Below, piece after piece: positions 47,857 through 57,821 of a stretch of DNA of 64,000 nucleotides. The number at the start of each line of letters is the position of its first letter. The stretch's first letter is position 1. The stretch is from an uncultured Planctomycetota bacterium (lineage in GTDB: Bacteria; Planctomycetota; PLA2; JAEUHO01), in the NCBI GenBank assembly GCA_963752285.1, contig CAVVXN010000005.1, positions 1,728,001-1,792,000 of the forward strand, written 5' to 3'. Both the position numbers and the translations under genes were made by a program. The notes beneath the pieces are model-generated. The model was not told the origin of the DNA. It saw only the letters and a list, made by a program, of their open reading frames with translations, and searched no databases.

Positions 47857-49314
47857 TCAGCCGCGGTCGGGACGAGGGAGCGCCGCGAGGAACGAGCGCG
47901 CCCAGTCGTGGACCGTGTGGCGGCGAACCGTCCGGCGGAGCGCGCGCATGCGACGGGCCGCCTCGGCGGGACGCATGTAGAGCGCGGCGTTCATCGCTTC
48001 GGCGAGGCCGTCCACGTCGTGGGGGTTCACGAGGAGCGCGCTCTTGAGCTCCCGCGCCGCACCCGCGAACTCGCTCAGGACGAGCACGCCGTCGTCCTCC
48101 GCGCGCGAGGCGACGAACTCCTTCGCGACGAGGTTCATGCCGTCCGCGAACGGGGTCACGAGCATCACGTCGGCCGCGCGGTAGAGCGCCACGAGCTCCC
48201 GGAAGGGCATCGTGCGCCGGAGGTACTGCACGGGGACGACGCCCACCGACCCGAACTGTCCGTTGATCTGCCCGACCTTCTCGTCTACCGCGCGGCGCAG
48301 GATCCGGTACTCCCCGAGCCGCTCCCGGCTCGGGACCGCCACCTGGACGAAGATGGCCCGCGGGTCGCCCATCGGCCAGCCGCGAAGCAGGTCCATGAAC
48401 GCCTCGAGGCGGCGCTCGATCCCCTTCGTGTAGTCGAGGCGGTCCACCCCGAGGATCAGCTTGCGCCCGCTGCCGAGCCGCCGGCGAAGCTCCTCGGCGC
48501 GGCGCGCGACCGCCGGGTCCTTCGCGGCTTCGGCGAAGCGCGCGACGTCGATCGAGATGGGAAAGGCATCGACACGCACCGAGCGGCCCTCGAACCGAAG
48601 GCCCTCGGACGTGCGGGTCGCGGGCCCGTACCGGCGCGCGGCGACGGCGAAGTGCTGGCGGTCGCCGTGCGTCTGGAAGCCCACCACGTCCGCACCGAGG
48701 AGACCGCGCACGAGGGCGCGTCGCCAGGGGAGCCGCCGGAAGAGCGAGTCGGGCGGGAACGGGATGTGGAGGAAGAACCCGATCGCGAGGTCGGGACGCC
48801 GTCGCCGAAGGAGCTCGGGCACGAGCTGAAGCTGGTAGTCCTGGACCCACACGACCGCGCCGCGCGCCGCCGCGCTCGCCGCGGCGTCGGCGAACCGCTC
48901 GTTCGCCGCGACGTAGCTCGCCCACCACTCGCGACGGTACGTCGGCTGCCGGACGGCGTCGTGGTAGAGGGGCCAGAGCGTCGTGTTGCACATGCCCTCG
49001 TAGAAGCCCCGCTCCTCCTCCGGGCTCAAAGGCACGGGCGCGTTCGTGATCCCCGAGTGCACGAACGGACGCGGGACGGGACCGCTCTTCCCGCTCCAGC
49101 CGATCCACGCGCCCCCGTGCTCGCGAGCGATCGGGGCGAGGGCGGAGACGAGCCCGCCGGGCGACAGGGTCCACGGCCCGCCGTCGCCTCCCCGTGAGCG
49201 CCGCACGGGCAGTGTGTGCGAGACCACGAGGAACGGCCAGGTCCTCCTGTCCGGGCGCGCCACCGGCCGTGGCCGCGCGGCCGGACGGCTCTCGGGCGCG
49301 ACGTGCGGCAGCAA
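47857..49314 (-). CDS. otsA: Trehalose-6-phosphate synthase
   Basis: [56 protein letters not shown]. Confidence 0.96.
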   Translation of the reverse strand: MLPHVAPESRPAARPRPVARPDRRTWPFLVVSHTLPVRRSRGGDGGPWTLSPGGLVSALAPIAREHGGAWIGWSGKSGPVPRPFVHSGITNAPVPLSPEEERGFYEGMCNTTLWPLYHDAVRQPTYRREWWASYVAANERFADAAASAAARGAVVWVQDYQLQLVPELLRRRRPDLAIGFFLHIPFPPDSLFRRLPWRRALVRGLLGADVVGFQTHGDRQHFAVAARRYGPATRTSEGLRFEGRSVRVDAFPISIDVARFAEAAKDPAVARRAEELRRRLGSGRKLILGVDRLDYTKGIERRLEAFMDLLRGWPMGDPRAIFVQVAVPSRERLGEYRILRRAVDEKVGQINGQFGSVGVVPVQYLRRTMPFRELVALYRAADVMLVTPFADGMNLVAKEFVASRAEDDGVLVLSEFAGAARELKSALLVNPHDVDGLAEAMNAALYMRPAEAARRMRALRRTVRRHTVHDWARSFLAALPRPDRG

Positions 49315-49467
49315 GATGACGATCTCCTCGGCGCGGGAACGCTCAAGAGCCTACGCCACGCGGCGGCGATCCGGGCCGATCCGGGGCCGACGATCGGAAA
49401 TGCGGGACCGCGGCCTCGCGCGGGGGCGTCCGCCCGTCCCGTGCGATCGCCCGCGCTACAATCCCGC

Positions 49468-50277
49468 GTGATCGTGCCCGACGTCCCGCTCTCGGTCCTC
49501 TCCGACACGTCGCTCGAACGCGTCTCGCCGCGCCGGCCCGCGGAGTGGGCGCTGTTCCTCGACGTGGACGGAACGCTCCTCGACCTCGCGCCCGCACCCG
49601 ATCGCGTCCTCGTGCCGGCGGGTCTCGTCGCGCTCCTCGAGGACCTCGCGCGCGGGCTCGGGGGCGCGCTCGCGCTCGTCAGCGGTCGCGCGGTCGGCGA
49701 CGTCCTCGGGATCTTCGCGCCGCTTCGCGTTCCGGTCGCGGGGCTCCACGGGCTCGAGCTCGCACGTGGCGACGGCCTCGTGGAGTCTCTGGAGGTCGAT
49801 CCCGCGGCGCTCGAGGGCGCGCGCGAACCGCTCCGGACGTTCGTCGCACGACACCCGGGCGCGCTGCTCGAGGACAAGCGCCTCGCCCTCGCGCTCCACA
49901 CGCGCCAGGCGCCCGAGGCCTTCGAGGAGGCCCGCGCGCTCGTCCACGCGCTCGCGCGGACGTCGCCCCGCCTGACCGTGCAGGAGGGGAAGGCCGTCGT
50001 CGAGCTGAGGCCCGCGGGCGGGGGGAAGGACGTCGCGATCGAACGGTTCCTCGCCGCGGCGCCGTTCCGAGGCCGCTGGCCCGTGTTCGCGGGAGACGAC
50101 CGGACCGACGAGGACGGGTTCGCGGCCGTGAACCGTCACGCGGGTCTCTCGATCCTCGTCGGGCCAAGACGTCCGACACGTGCGACGGCGCACGTCGAGA
50201 CGCCCACTGCGTTTCGGACGTGGCTCGCCGAGGTCCACCGCCACCTCCGCGACGGGACGCCGACCCCGAACACGTGA
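49468..50277 (+). CDS. otsB: Trehalose-6-phosphate phosphatase
   Basis: FLDVDGTL, VSGR, GLHGLE, GKAVVELRP, AGDDRTDEDGF. Confidence 0.95.
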   Translation: MIVPDVPLSVLSDTSLERVSPRRPAEWALFLDVDGTLLDLAPAPDRVLVPAGLVALLEDLARGLGGALALVSGRAVGDVLGIFAPLRVPVAGLHGLELARGDGLVESLEVDPAALEGAREPLRTFVARHPGALLEDKRLALALHTRQAPEAFEEARALVHALARTSPRLTVQEGKAVVELRPAGGGKDVAIERFLAAAPFRGRWPVFAGDDRTDEDGFAAVNRHAGLSILVGPRRPTRATAHVETPTAFRTWLAEVHRHLRDGTPTPNT

Positions 50278-50284
50278 CGCGCGC

Positions 50285-51283
50285 TCAGTTCGTGACGACC
50301 GTGCCCATCTCGACCACCTCGAACGAGCCGAGGCGGACCTGCTTCAGGGTGTTCAGGTCGTCGTCGTCCCATCGGGAATCGGGGGTCCCCGACACGTAGC
50401 CGTCGCTCCCGTTGTCGGCGAGGATCATGCCGTACCGCTTCAGCGCGACGAGCACCGCGCGCGCCTCGGGCGGGAAGCCGGTCACGTCGAACGACGCCGC
50501 GAGCCGGATCCGCATGCCCATGGGCGGGAGTCCGGGATCGGTATTCGAGCTCGCGTAGTGGCGCGCGGGCGCGACGTACGCGCGCCGCGTCCGGGCCGCG
50601 GTGAACCGGAGCGCGTGGCGGACCTCCCCCGCCTCGGCGACCTCGTCGTACCGCGCGAGTCCCGGAAGGATCGGGAGGCCGGCGGCGTCCGCGGACGTCC
50701 AGCCGGCAGGCCGCGGCATGTCGAGGTCGAGGTCGAAGACCGCGCCGGACCCCGCCTCCCAGCCCCCGCCCACGGGCCAGGCGTCGAACAGCTCGTAGAG
50801 CCGGCGCGCGTCCCGGTCCAGCACGAGGACGTGCCGATCGCCGGTGGCCCCCGCCCCCCCCTCGACGGGCGCGTCGGACGGGATCGGGTACGGCCCGGGA
50901 TCGCTCTCGTCGGCGTAGCTGAACGTCACCGGGACGCGTGCCTGGCCCGCCCCCACCACGACGTACGGGATGCCGAACGGCTCCCCGTTCCAGTCGGCGC
51001 CGAAGTCGGGGTGGAGCGTCGTGCCCACGCCCATCGAGGCGATCAACACGTCGCTCTGGGAATCGACCGGCTCCTGGTCCACGCGCCGGTTCCACGGGTC
51101 GTCGCTGGGAAACGGACGGTAGCCCTCGAAACTCGCGAGCGGCCCCAGGTCCGGCGTCCCCGCCGCGCCGGGGGACGGTCCCGGCGTCGCTACGGGTCCG
51201 GGGTCGGCGGTCGGGGCCCCGCCGCCGCCCCCGCACGCGAGGAGGAGGAGGGAGAGGACCAGCGGGGCGGCTCGCGCGGTCAT
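50285..51283 (-). CDS. Hypothetical lipoprotein
   Basis: Lipobox LLAC and a globular region (FPSDDPWN, GDRHVLV, SADAAGLPILPGL, YGMILADNG); function unknown. Confidence 0.8.
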   Translation of the reverse strand: MTARAAPLVLSLLLLACGGGGGAPTADPGPVATPGPSPGAAGTPDLGPLASFEGYRPFPSDDPWNRRVDQEPVDSQSDVLIASMGVGTTLHPDFGADWNGEPFGIPYVVVGAGQARVPVTFSYADESDPGPYPIPSDAPVEGGAGATGDRHVLVLDRDARRLYELFDAWPVGGGWEAGSGAVFDLDLDMPRPAGWTSADAAGLPILPGLARYDEVAEAGEVRHALRFTAARTRRAYVAPARHYASSNTDPGLPPMGMRIRLAASFDVTGFPPEARAVLVALKRYGMILADNGSDGYVSGTPDSRWDDDDLNTLKQVRLGSFEVVEMGTVVTN

Positions 51284-51444
51284 GAACGCTCCCGGAGACG
51301 CGGCTCCGATCGAGCATCGACCTCCTCGGGGGTCGTGCCGCGCTCCCAGGGCCCGGGCCTGAACGAGTCCTTCAGGAGGCCCGGCTCCCGGGGCCGCGTC
51401 CGACCGCCCTCGGGGGCCCGGCACCCGGAACCCTCGGGCGACGC

Positions 51445-51849
51445 TCAGCCGACGAGCGTCTCCAGGGTCACGGAGGCGAACGTGCACGAGACGAGCTCCG
51501 AGACCTCGTCGAAGAGGCTACCGAGCCGGCACCGCGCGTCGTTCCGGGCGCAGGGCGCGCCGTCCCGTTCCTCGAGGAGGCAGCGCCCCGTCGGCCGCGG
51601 CGGATCCTGGACCGCGATCACGTCGAGCACCGTGATCGCGCGCGCGGGACGCGCGAGGACGTACCCGCCGCCGACGCCGCGCACGCCACGCGCGAGCCTC
51701 GACCGCACGAGCTGCTGAAAGACCTTGGCGAGGGCCGTCTTCGGGATCCGGTACCGCGCGGCGACCTCCGCCACGGTGACGGGCCGTTGGTTCGACGCCA
51801 TCTCCATCGCGGCGTAGAGCGCGTAGCGCGTGCTCTTCGAGTACTTCAA
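51445..51849 (-). CDS. Rrf2 family transcriptional regulator (BadM-like position, three Cys)
   Basis: STRYAL, LAKVFQQL, RGVGGGYVLARP, ITVLDVI, C-x9-C-x6-C; TTG start overlaps the GNAT stop. Confidence 0.92.
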   Translation of the reverse strand: MKYSKSTRYALYAAMEMASNQRPVTVAEVAARYRIPKTALAKVFQQLVRSRLARGVRGVGGGYVLARPARAITVLDVIAVQDPPRPTGRCLLEERDGAPCARNDARCRLGSLFDEVSELVSCTFASVTLETLVG

Positions 51850-52367
51850 GACGGCGACGTCTCCTCGCGGTGCCGCGCGGCCTCGAGGTCGAGGTCGAGC
51901 GCGATCCGCGGCGCCGGCAGGAAGCCGATGTGGTGGAAGAACGACAGGAGCTCCGGATCCTGCCAGCGAACCTCCGTCTCGAGTCGCGGGATGCCGAGGC
52001 CGAGGAGGTTGGTCCGGAGCTGGCGGAGCAGCGCGCGGCCCACGCCCCGCCCGGCGAGGTCCGGCTCGACGCCCAGCGTGTCGAGGATGGCGACCTTTTC
52101 GACGGCGCCGAACTCGCCGTAGAACACGCGGGCGAGGAGGAAGCCCGCGAACTGGCCGTCGATCTCCGCCGCCAGGGACACCTTGATCCCCGACTCCTGG
52201 AGCGCCTGCTGGAGCTTCATGCGGAAGTACTCCTCGCGGCGCCGTCCCGTGACGCGCTGGTCCACGCGCACGACCGCCTCCAGGTCGCGGGGGCGGAGCG
52301 ACCGAACGACGGCGGAGGCGTTCGCCGTCGGGGCGGCGCCCGCCGGGCTGTTCGAGTCCCGTTCCAT
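51846..52367 (-). CDS. GNAT family N-acetyltransferase (BadL-like position)
   Basis: LGVEPDLAGRGVGRALL, FFHHIGF; ATG 52367 follows AAGGA (alternative GTG at 52388). Confidence 0.9.
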   Translation of the reverse strand: MERDSNSPAGAAPTANASAVVRSLRPRDLEAVVRVDQRVTGRRREEYFRMKLQQALQESGIKVSLAAEIDGQFAGFLLARVFYGEFGAVEKVAILDTLGVEPDLAGRGVGRALLRQLRTNLLGLGIPRLETEVRWQDPELLSFFHHIGFLPAPRIALDLDLEAARHREETSPS

Positions 52368-52391
52368 GCCGATCCTTTCCGAGGCCACGCC

Positions 52392-53141
52392 TCAGGCCAT
52401 GAGCTGGCCGCCGTCCACCCGGAGTACCTGTCCCGTGACGTGACGCGAGAGGTCCGAGACGAGGAACAGCACGGACCCCGCCACGTCCTCGGGCGCACCG
52501 ATCCGACCGAGCGCCGTCTCGCGTACCGCCGCCTCCTTGACCGGGTCCGGGAGGCCGGCGGTCATCGGCGTCTCGATCAGGCCCGGCGCGACGACGTTCA
52601 CGCGGATCCCGAATCGCCCGACCTCGCGTGCCAGGCTCCGCGCGAGCCCGATCAGACCGGCCTTGCTCGCCGCGTAGTTCGACTGGCCGAGCTTCCCCCG
52701 CTCACCGTTGATCGAGGAGACGAGGACGACGCGCCCGTCCCCTCTCGCCCGCATGCGGGGGACGGCCAGCCGGAGCAGGTGAAACGCCGAGTCGAGGTTC
52801 ACGCGAAGGACCTGCTCCCACGCCGCGCGGTCCATCTTCCAGAGAACCGCGTCCCGCGTCAGACCCGCAGAGTGCACCAGCACGTCCACGCCGCCCAGGG
52901 ACCGGTCGAGCGCGGGGCCGAGCGCCTCGATCGCGTCGGGGTCGCCCAGGTCGCAGGGGAGGTCCACGACGCCCTCGGGTCCGGGGTGCCCGTCCAGGTC
53001 CACGCTCGCGACCCGCGCGCCACAGAGGAGCAGGTCGCGGGCGATCGCGGAACCGATGCCGCCGCCCGCGCCGCTCACGACGGCCGCCTTGCCGGCGAGC
53101 GACAGGCGGGCCGCCGGCGAAGCGGGCGCCGCGGAGGTCAA
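52392..53141 (-). CDS. SDR family oxidoreductase (FabG/PhaB-like 3-oxoacyl-CoA reductase)
   Basis: SGAGGGIG, SSINGERGKLGQSNYAASKAG, VAPGLIETPM, VDGG; TTG start overlaps the bcrD stop. Confidence 0.9.
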   Translation of the reverse strand: MTSAAPASPAARLSLAGKAAVVSGAGGGIGSAIARDLLLCGARVASVDLDGHPGPEGVVDLPCDLGDPDAIEALGPALDRSLGGVDVLVHSAGLTRDAVLWKMDRAAWEQVLRVNLDSAFHLLRLAVPRMRARGDGRVVLVSSINGERGKLGQSNYAASKAGLIGLARSLAREVGRFGIRVNVVAPGLIETPMTAGLPDPVKEAAVRETALGRIGAPEDVAGSVLFLVSDLSRHVTGQVLRVDGGQLMA

Positions 53142-53998
53142 GCGCTCCCCCCGAAGGCGAGCCCCTCGGCCAGCAGCTTTCGCGCGCGGAAGCCCCCCCA
53201 CAGCGCGGCGCCGAGGGCGCCCGCGAGCACGGAGCTCTCGTGCGCGCGGATCTCGATGCCGGCCCCCGACTCGGCGGCCACCTCGCGCATCGCCTGGAGC
53301 AGCCCGACGTCCATCGCGAGACCGCCCGTCACGAGCACCGGGCCCTCGGCCTTCGCGGAGGTCAGGAGGCGCACGTAGCGACCCGCCATGGAGAGGTGGA
53401 TCCCCTTGAGGATGTTCGGGATCGAGACGCCGCGCGACACCATGTTGATCACGTCGGTCTCGGCGAGCACGGCGCAGATCGAGGAGCACTTCTCCGGGTC
53501 GTCGGACTGGAGCGACAGGGGCCCGATCTCCGCGATCGTGACGCCGAGGTAGCGACAGATGTTCTCGAGGAACTGCCCGGACCCGCTCGCGCACTGGCTC
53601 GTCATGCGGTATCCGAGCACCTTCGCGCGGCTGTCCACGATGACGGCGCGCGCGTGCAGGGCGCCGACGTCCACGAGCGCGCGCACGTCGGGGTCGAGGT
53701 AGAGCGCCCCGCGCGCGTGGGTGGTCATGCCGTAGAAGTGACCGGTGCGGAACGTGACGACCTCGCCTTCGCCCGTCGTCGCCACGTAGTCGAGCTCGTC
53801 GCGGCGTACGCCGGCAGCCGAGAGCGCCGCCTCGAGGGCGGCCTCGGTCACGGGCAGGGGGTCGCGCCGCCGCAGCCGCTCGCCGTGGCCGGCGAGGAGC
53901 ACCTCGCGCCCCGAGGCATCGCTCCGTACGATCGCCACCTTGATGGCCGAGGAGCCGACGTCGATCCCGGCGGAGAGGGTCTCTTCCTTCGTGTTCAT
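53138..53998 (-). CDS. bcrD: Benzoyl-CoA reductase (class I) subunit D
   Basis: GIDVGSSAIK, TTGEGE, DVGALHARA, MTSQCASGSGQFLENI, SICAVLAETDVINMVSRG. Confidence 0.93.
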   Translation of the reverse strand: MNTKEETLSAGIDVGSSAIKVAIVRSDASGREVLLAGHGERLRRRDPLPVTEAALEAALSAAGVRRDELDYVATTGEGEVVTFRTGHFYGMTTHARGALYLDPDVRALVDVGALHARAVIVDSRAKVLGYRMTSQCASGSGQFLENICRYLGVTIAEIGPLSLQSDDPEKCSSICAVLAETDVINMVSRGVSIPNILKGIHLSMAGRYVRLLTSAKAEGPVLVTGGLAMDVGLLQAMREVAAESGAGIEIRAHESSVLAGALGAALWGGFRARKLLAEGLAFGGSA

Positions 53999-55311
53999 GC
54001 CGCCACCTCCTCGGCGTCGGGTCGCGTGACGCCGCGCACCGCGAAGAGCGCGGCGCCGAGGGCGCCCGTGTAGATCGAGTCGGGCGAGATGTTGATCGTG
54101 CGTGCGCCGTAGTTTTCGCCCACGAGCTCCGTGAGCGCCTTCACGGCCTCGGTGTTCTTCGCCACGCCGCCGGTGAACGTGAACTCCTCGCTCACGCCCC
54201 CGGAGCGGGCCAGCAGCGACATGGCCCGCAGCACGATCGCGCGGTGCAGCCCCGACAGGATGTCCTCGCGCCGCTCGCCGAGCGAGAGTCGGTCACGAAG
54301 CTCCGCGCCGGCGAAGACGGTGCACGTCGAGTTGATTCGGACGCGCCGCGTGGCCTGCCCGGCGAGCGGGCCGAGCTCGTGGAGCCCGAGGTTCATCTCG
54401 TCGGCGATGTAGCCGAGGTACCGGCCGCACCCGGCCGCGCACCGGTCGTTCATCTGGAACGAGGTCACGATGCCGTGGTCGTCCACCTGGATGGCCTTCG
54501 TGTCCTGGCCTCCGATGTCGAGGACCGTTCGCGTGCCGGGGAAGAGCTGGTGGGCGCCGAGGCCGTGGCAGAGGATCTCCGAACGGATGCGCGCCTCGGG
54601 GAAGGGAAGCCGCGCGCGGCCGTAGCCCGTGCCGACGCTCCCCACCTGCTCGAGGTGGACGGCGAGTGCGCGCTCGATCGCCGGCGCGAGCTCGGGGGCC
54701 GGCTCGTCGAGCGCGGCCACGGCGGCCCCGGCGTGGTCGGAGAACGAGCCGACGGCCTCGGGGGAGTTCTCGACCTCGAGGATCGCCTTGTCGTAGAGGC
54801 CGGTGAGCTCGTCGAAGGAGCCGTCGCCCGCGCGCGCGACCTCCTCCGCGAGGGCGAGGTACCGGCTCCCGGCGAGGTCGCGGAAGAAGTCGCTCTTGCG
54901 GCTCGCTCCCGGCGCGAAGAGCGCGCGGGTCTCGTCGCGCATCGTCCCCGCGATCCGATCGAGGGCGGCGCGGGTCCGGTCTCGCGAAGCCAGCGCCCCC
55001 GCGTGGGACGACAACCGCGTCTCGAGGCTGTCGAGCTGCCGCCGGTACTGCTGCTCGCGGAAGCGGAGCTCGTACCGGCGCAGCAGGTCGTTGGCCCGCG
55101 TTCGCTCCACGCCCGCGCGGTCCAGCGTCTCCGCGAGGAGGGCGAACCGCGCGTGGATCAACGCCTCGCCCAGGGCGACCTGGCAGGCGACGTCGTAGTT
55201 GCTCCGGCTGTTCGTGATGCCGCGGCCGAGGACGACGTCGCCCTCGCCGAGCACGACGGCCTTCGTGGTCGTGGACCCGAGGTCGATCCCCACCCAGTAC
55301 GGCGTGCTCAC
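53995..55311 (-). CDS. bcrA: Benzoyl-CoA reductase (class I) subunit A
   Basis: GIDLGSTTTK, GITNSRSNY, RKSDFFRD insert, GTGYGR, DIGGQDTK, MNDRCAAGCG, STCTVFA. Confidence 0.93.
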   Translation of the reverse strand: MSTPYWVGIDLGSTTTKAVVLGEGDVVLGRGITNSRSNYDVACQVALGEALIHARFALLAETLDRAGVERTRANDLLRRYELRFREQQYRRQLDSLETRLSSHAGALASRDRTRAALDRIAGTMRDETRALFAPGASRKSDFFRDLAGSRYLALAEEVARAGDGSFDELTGLYDKAILEVENSPEAVGSFSDHAGAAVAALDEPAPELAPAIERALAVHLEQVGSVGTGYGRARLPFPEARIRSEILCHGLGAHQLFPGTRTVLDIGGQDTKAIQVDDHGIVTSFQMNDRCAAGCGRYLGYIADEMNLGLHELGPLAGQATRRVRINSTCTVFAGAELRDRLSLGERREDILSGLHRAIVLRAMSLLARSGGVSEEFTFTGGVAKNTEAVKALTELVGENYGARTINISPDSIYTGALGAALFAVRGVTRPDAEEVAA

Positions 55312-56600
55312 CGTTCCCCCCCTCCCGTCGACCGCTCGCGCTTCTGGTCGATCATCTGGAAGTACGACTCGAGACGGTTCTTGATGTTGGAGGCCGAGAA
55401 GTAGCGGGGGTCCACGAGGTCGCTCTCGACGAACCCGCCCGGCCGCTTCGTTCGCTCCTCGACCTGGCGCAGGATCATGAGCTGACCGGCGCTGAACGAG
55501 TTGCAGCTCTTGACCGAGTTGATGAGGAAGCCGTCGGCGTCGTACTCCTCGACGTAGCGAGAGATCAGGTCGACCCGCGACGGCAGGTTCAGGTTCGTGT
55601 AGCAGCCCATGCAGTAGTTCGCGAGCGTCTCGAGGGGATGGTCCGGGTCGTGGCGGAACCCCTGGTCGTAGACGCCGCCGACCTTCGTGTACGTGGACGC
55701 GACGACGACCGCCTTCTCGTCGGAGAACATCTTCCAGAACTGGCGGAACGAGGTCCAGTTCGGCGGGCCCTCGACCACGACGCGGTAGCGCTCCTCGTCG
55801 AGCTCGCCCTCGGGCGTCACGGGCCCCTTGCCGAGCCGGATCCGCTCCTCGACCTCCTGTCGGAGCTCGCGGTAGTAGAGGACGGCCTCCTCCGTGCCCC
55901 GGAACGCGGTGAAGATCGGTCCGATGTAGTAGACGCCGCCGAAGTACGCGTCGATCGGGGACGGCCGGTGCTTCGCGGACTCGAGGACCCACACGAGGTC
56001 GTCCTCGGCTCGCGCGGACCGCCGGAGGAGCTCCTTCAGACGGTCCTCGTCGTAGGCCTGCCCGCTGATGCGCTCGAGGGCCGGAATCACCTTCTTCTCG
56101 AGCTGGTCCACCACGTACCGGCGCATCGCGTCGGTCACGCGGCCCTCCCCCTGGTACGGAACGTGGAGCATCACGACCGGGCAGTCGTACTCCTGGCCCA
56201 GGATCTCGAACCACTTCATGAAGGTGAAGCAGCCCGTGTACGAGAGCAGGAGCAGGTTCGGGTCGGGAAGCCTCTGGCCCGTCGGGCCGACGTTGCCGCT
56301 CTTGAGCATCCCGAGGTCGCACTTCACGTACGTGCAGACGTCCTCGGAGTGGCCGAGGCGCTCGGCGAGCGCGATGTAGTCGCGCGACTTGCCGCGCATG
56401 CCCGACTGCAACGCGTTGATCTCGGGCAGGACGGGCAGGACGTCGAACGAGAGCAGGAGCTCGGTGAGGTTTCCGGGGACGAACGTGTACGCACACGGCC
56501 GCCCCTCGTCGGGCGCGCGGGCGAGACGGTCGAAGTGACCGGCGATCATCCGCTTCTGGCGTTCCTGGCTCTGGTCCTTGAGGGCGCCGGTCTGGCTCAT
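55308..56600 (-). CDS. bcrB: Benzoyl-CoA reductase (class I) subunit B
   Basis: TFVPGNL, PEINALQ, GHSEDVCTYVK, YTGCFTFMKWFE, SVKSCNSFSAGQ, DLVDPRYFS. Confidence 0.93.
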   Translation of the reverse strand: MSQTGALKDQSQERQKRMIAGHFDRLARAPDEGRPCAYTFVPGNLTELLLSFDVLPVLPEINALQSGMRGKSRDYIALAERLGHSEDVCTYVKCDLGMLKSGNVGPTGQRLPDPNLLLLSYTGCFTFMKWFEILGQEYDCPVVMLHVPYQGEGRVTDAMRRYVVDQLEKKVIPALERISGQAYDEDRLKELLRRSARAEDDLVWVLESAKHRPSPIDAYFGGVYYIGPIFTAFRGTEEAVLYYRELRQEVEERIRLGKGPVTPEGELDEERYRVVVEGPPNWTSFRQFWKMFSDEKAVVVASTYTKVGGVYDQGFRHDPDHPLETLANYCMGCYTNLNLPSRVDLISRYVEEYDADGFLINSVKSCNSFSAGQLMILRQVEERTKRPGGFVESDLVDPRYFSASNIKNRLESYFQMIDQKRERSTGGGER

Positions 56601-57805
56601 GCGGGGACCTCCGCTCGGGCCGCCTGGTCCGAGCCGTCCGTGCTCCACAGCTTGATCGAGTCGGCGAAGGTGCCGGCCTGCTCGCGGATGACCTGGAACT
56701 GGCCCGAGTTCTCGCTGTACTTGAACGCGGTCCACGGGATCCCGGCCCGCTCGACCGCCTTCACGCACATCGGCTGGTCGAGCAGCGCCGGGTCACAGAA
56801 GGACGGGGCGCAGAAGAGCACGCCCTCAGCGCGCGACGCGGCGACGCGCTCCAGCAGGTCGCGCCCCTTCTCGTCCTGGTCGATGTAGCGGATCGGGCTC
56901 GCGACCCCGTCCTCGAGGAAGGCGCGGACCAGGGCGTCGAGCGGGTCCCCCTGGGTCGAGACCTCGCGACGGATCCACCGGTGCACCGAGACGAAGTCGT
57001 CGTCGACGATGTAGCACCCGGCGCGTTCGAGCGTCTTGATGAGACCGAGCGGGGGCTGCTCGCAGAACGAGCCCGTCAGCAGAACCCGCGCCTGGTCCAT
57101 CGGACGGCGCGTGTCGTCCGCCTCGACCGCGTCTCGGTACGCGCGAAGCATCTCGGTGTGCTCCTCGGGTGGGAGCAGGGTCCCCGCGCGCGCGAGGAGG
57201 TAGAGCTCGTGCGTCGGCACCTTCCACGGCGCGTCCCGGCGGAGCGCGTAGAGGTCCCGGACGGTCCGACGGTTCTCGTCGTAGACGACGATCGCGCGGC
57301 GGAGCGCCTCGGGCTCGTAGGGGCGCGCGCCCCGCGCGGCGAGCTCCTCGGCCAACGAGAGCAGCTCGTGCCGGTAGAAGGTGCCGCCGACGGCCGGGTC
57401 GAAGTCCTGCGGGACGTCGAGGTACCGGACGAGCTTCTGCGGGAAGAGCATCGTCCACATCCCGGAGAGGTTCCGGATCACGTCGCACGTGGCCGGGAAC
57501 AGCATCCCGTCGAGGACGTCGAGGCTCCCGTTCAGCCCGAGCTCGATCGTGCTGCGTGGGATGTGGCAGATGTACGACTGGTAGTACGCGTCCCCGCGGA
57601 TGATCTCGAGGTCCTCGCCCGCGCCGAGGACGCCGACCGGGAGCACGCCCTGTGCGTAGAGGAGCTCGCGGGGCACGTAGACCGGCATGTAGCCGATCGC
57701 GAGCCCGCCGGTCCGCTCCTTCCACGCGCGAACGGCGCCGAGCCGGTGGTCCTGGACCAGCGCCTCGGCCCGCTCCACGATCGAGACGTGTCCGGCCTCG
57801 CTCAT
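56597..57805 (-). CDS. bcrC: Benzoyl-CoA reductase (class I) subunit C
   Basis: GDAYYQSYICHIPRST, CDVIRNLSGMW, GSFCEQPP, PSFCDPALL, EQAGTFADSIKLW. Confidence 0.93.
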   Translation of the reverse strand: MSEAGHVSIVERAEALVQDHRLGAVRAWKERTGGLAIGYMPVYVPRELLYAQGVLPVGVLGAGEDLEIIRGDAYYQSYICHIPRSTIELGLNGSLDVLDGMLFPATCDVIRNLSGMWTMLFPQKLVRYLDVPQDFDPAVGGTFYRHELLSLAEELAARGARPYEPEALRRAIVVYDENRRTVRDLYALRRDAPWKVPTHELYLLARAGTLLPPEEHTEMLRAYRDAVEADDTRRPMDQARVLLTGSFCEQPPLGLIKTLERAGCYIVDDDFVSVHRWIRREVSTQGDPLDALVRAFLEDGVASPIRYIDQDEKGRDLLERVAASRAEGVLFCAPSFCDPALLDQPMCVKAVERAGIPWTAFKYSENSGQFQVIREQAGTFADSIKLWSTDGSDQAARAEVPA

Positions 57806-57821
57806 CGATCCCTCCCCGCGC

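Noticed and set aside
827..49197. Many very long Arg/Pro/Gly-rich ORFs and long N-terminal extensions in the ORF track (e.g. 10522-13788, 37445-41569, 45616-49197, the upstream parts of 1377-7364 and 16754-21874)
   Set aside because: They are shadow or antisense frames of real genes, expected at this GC content where stop codons are rare, and show no recognisable motifs.
51349..51390. Rho-independent terminator after the Rrf2 gene
   Set aside because: An imperfect GC hairpin is present but has no U-tract, so it cannot be distinguished from background at this GC level.
53138..57805. 2-hydroxyacyl-CoA dehydratase plus activator instead of BCR
   Set aside because: Two distinct ATPase subunits, the BcrA-type insert and the adjacent dch/had/oah genes fit benzoyl-CoA reductase better.
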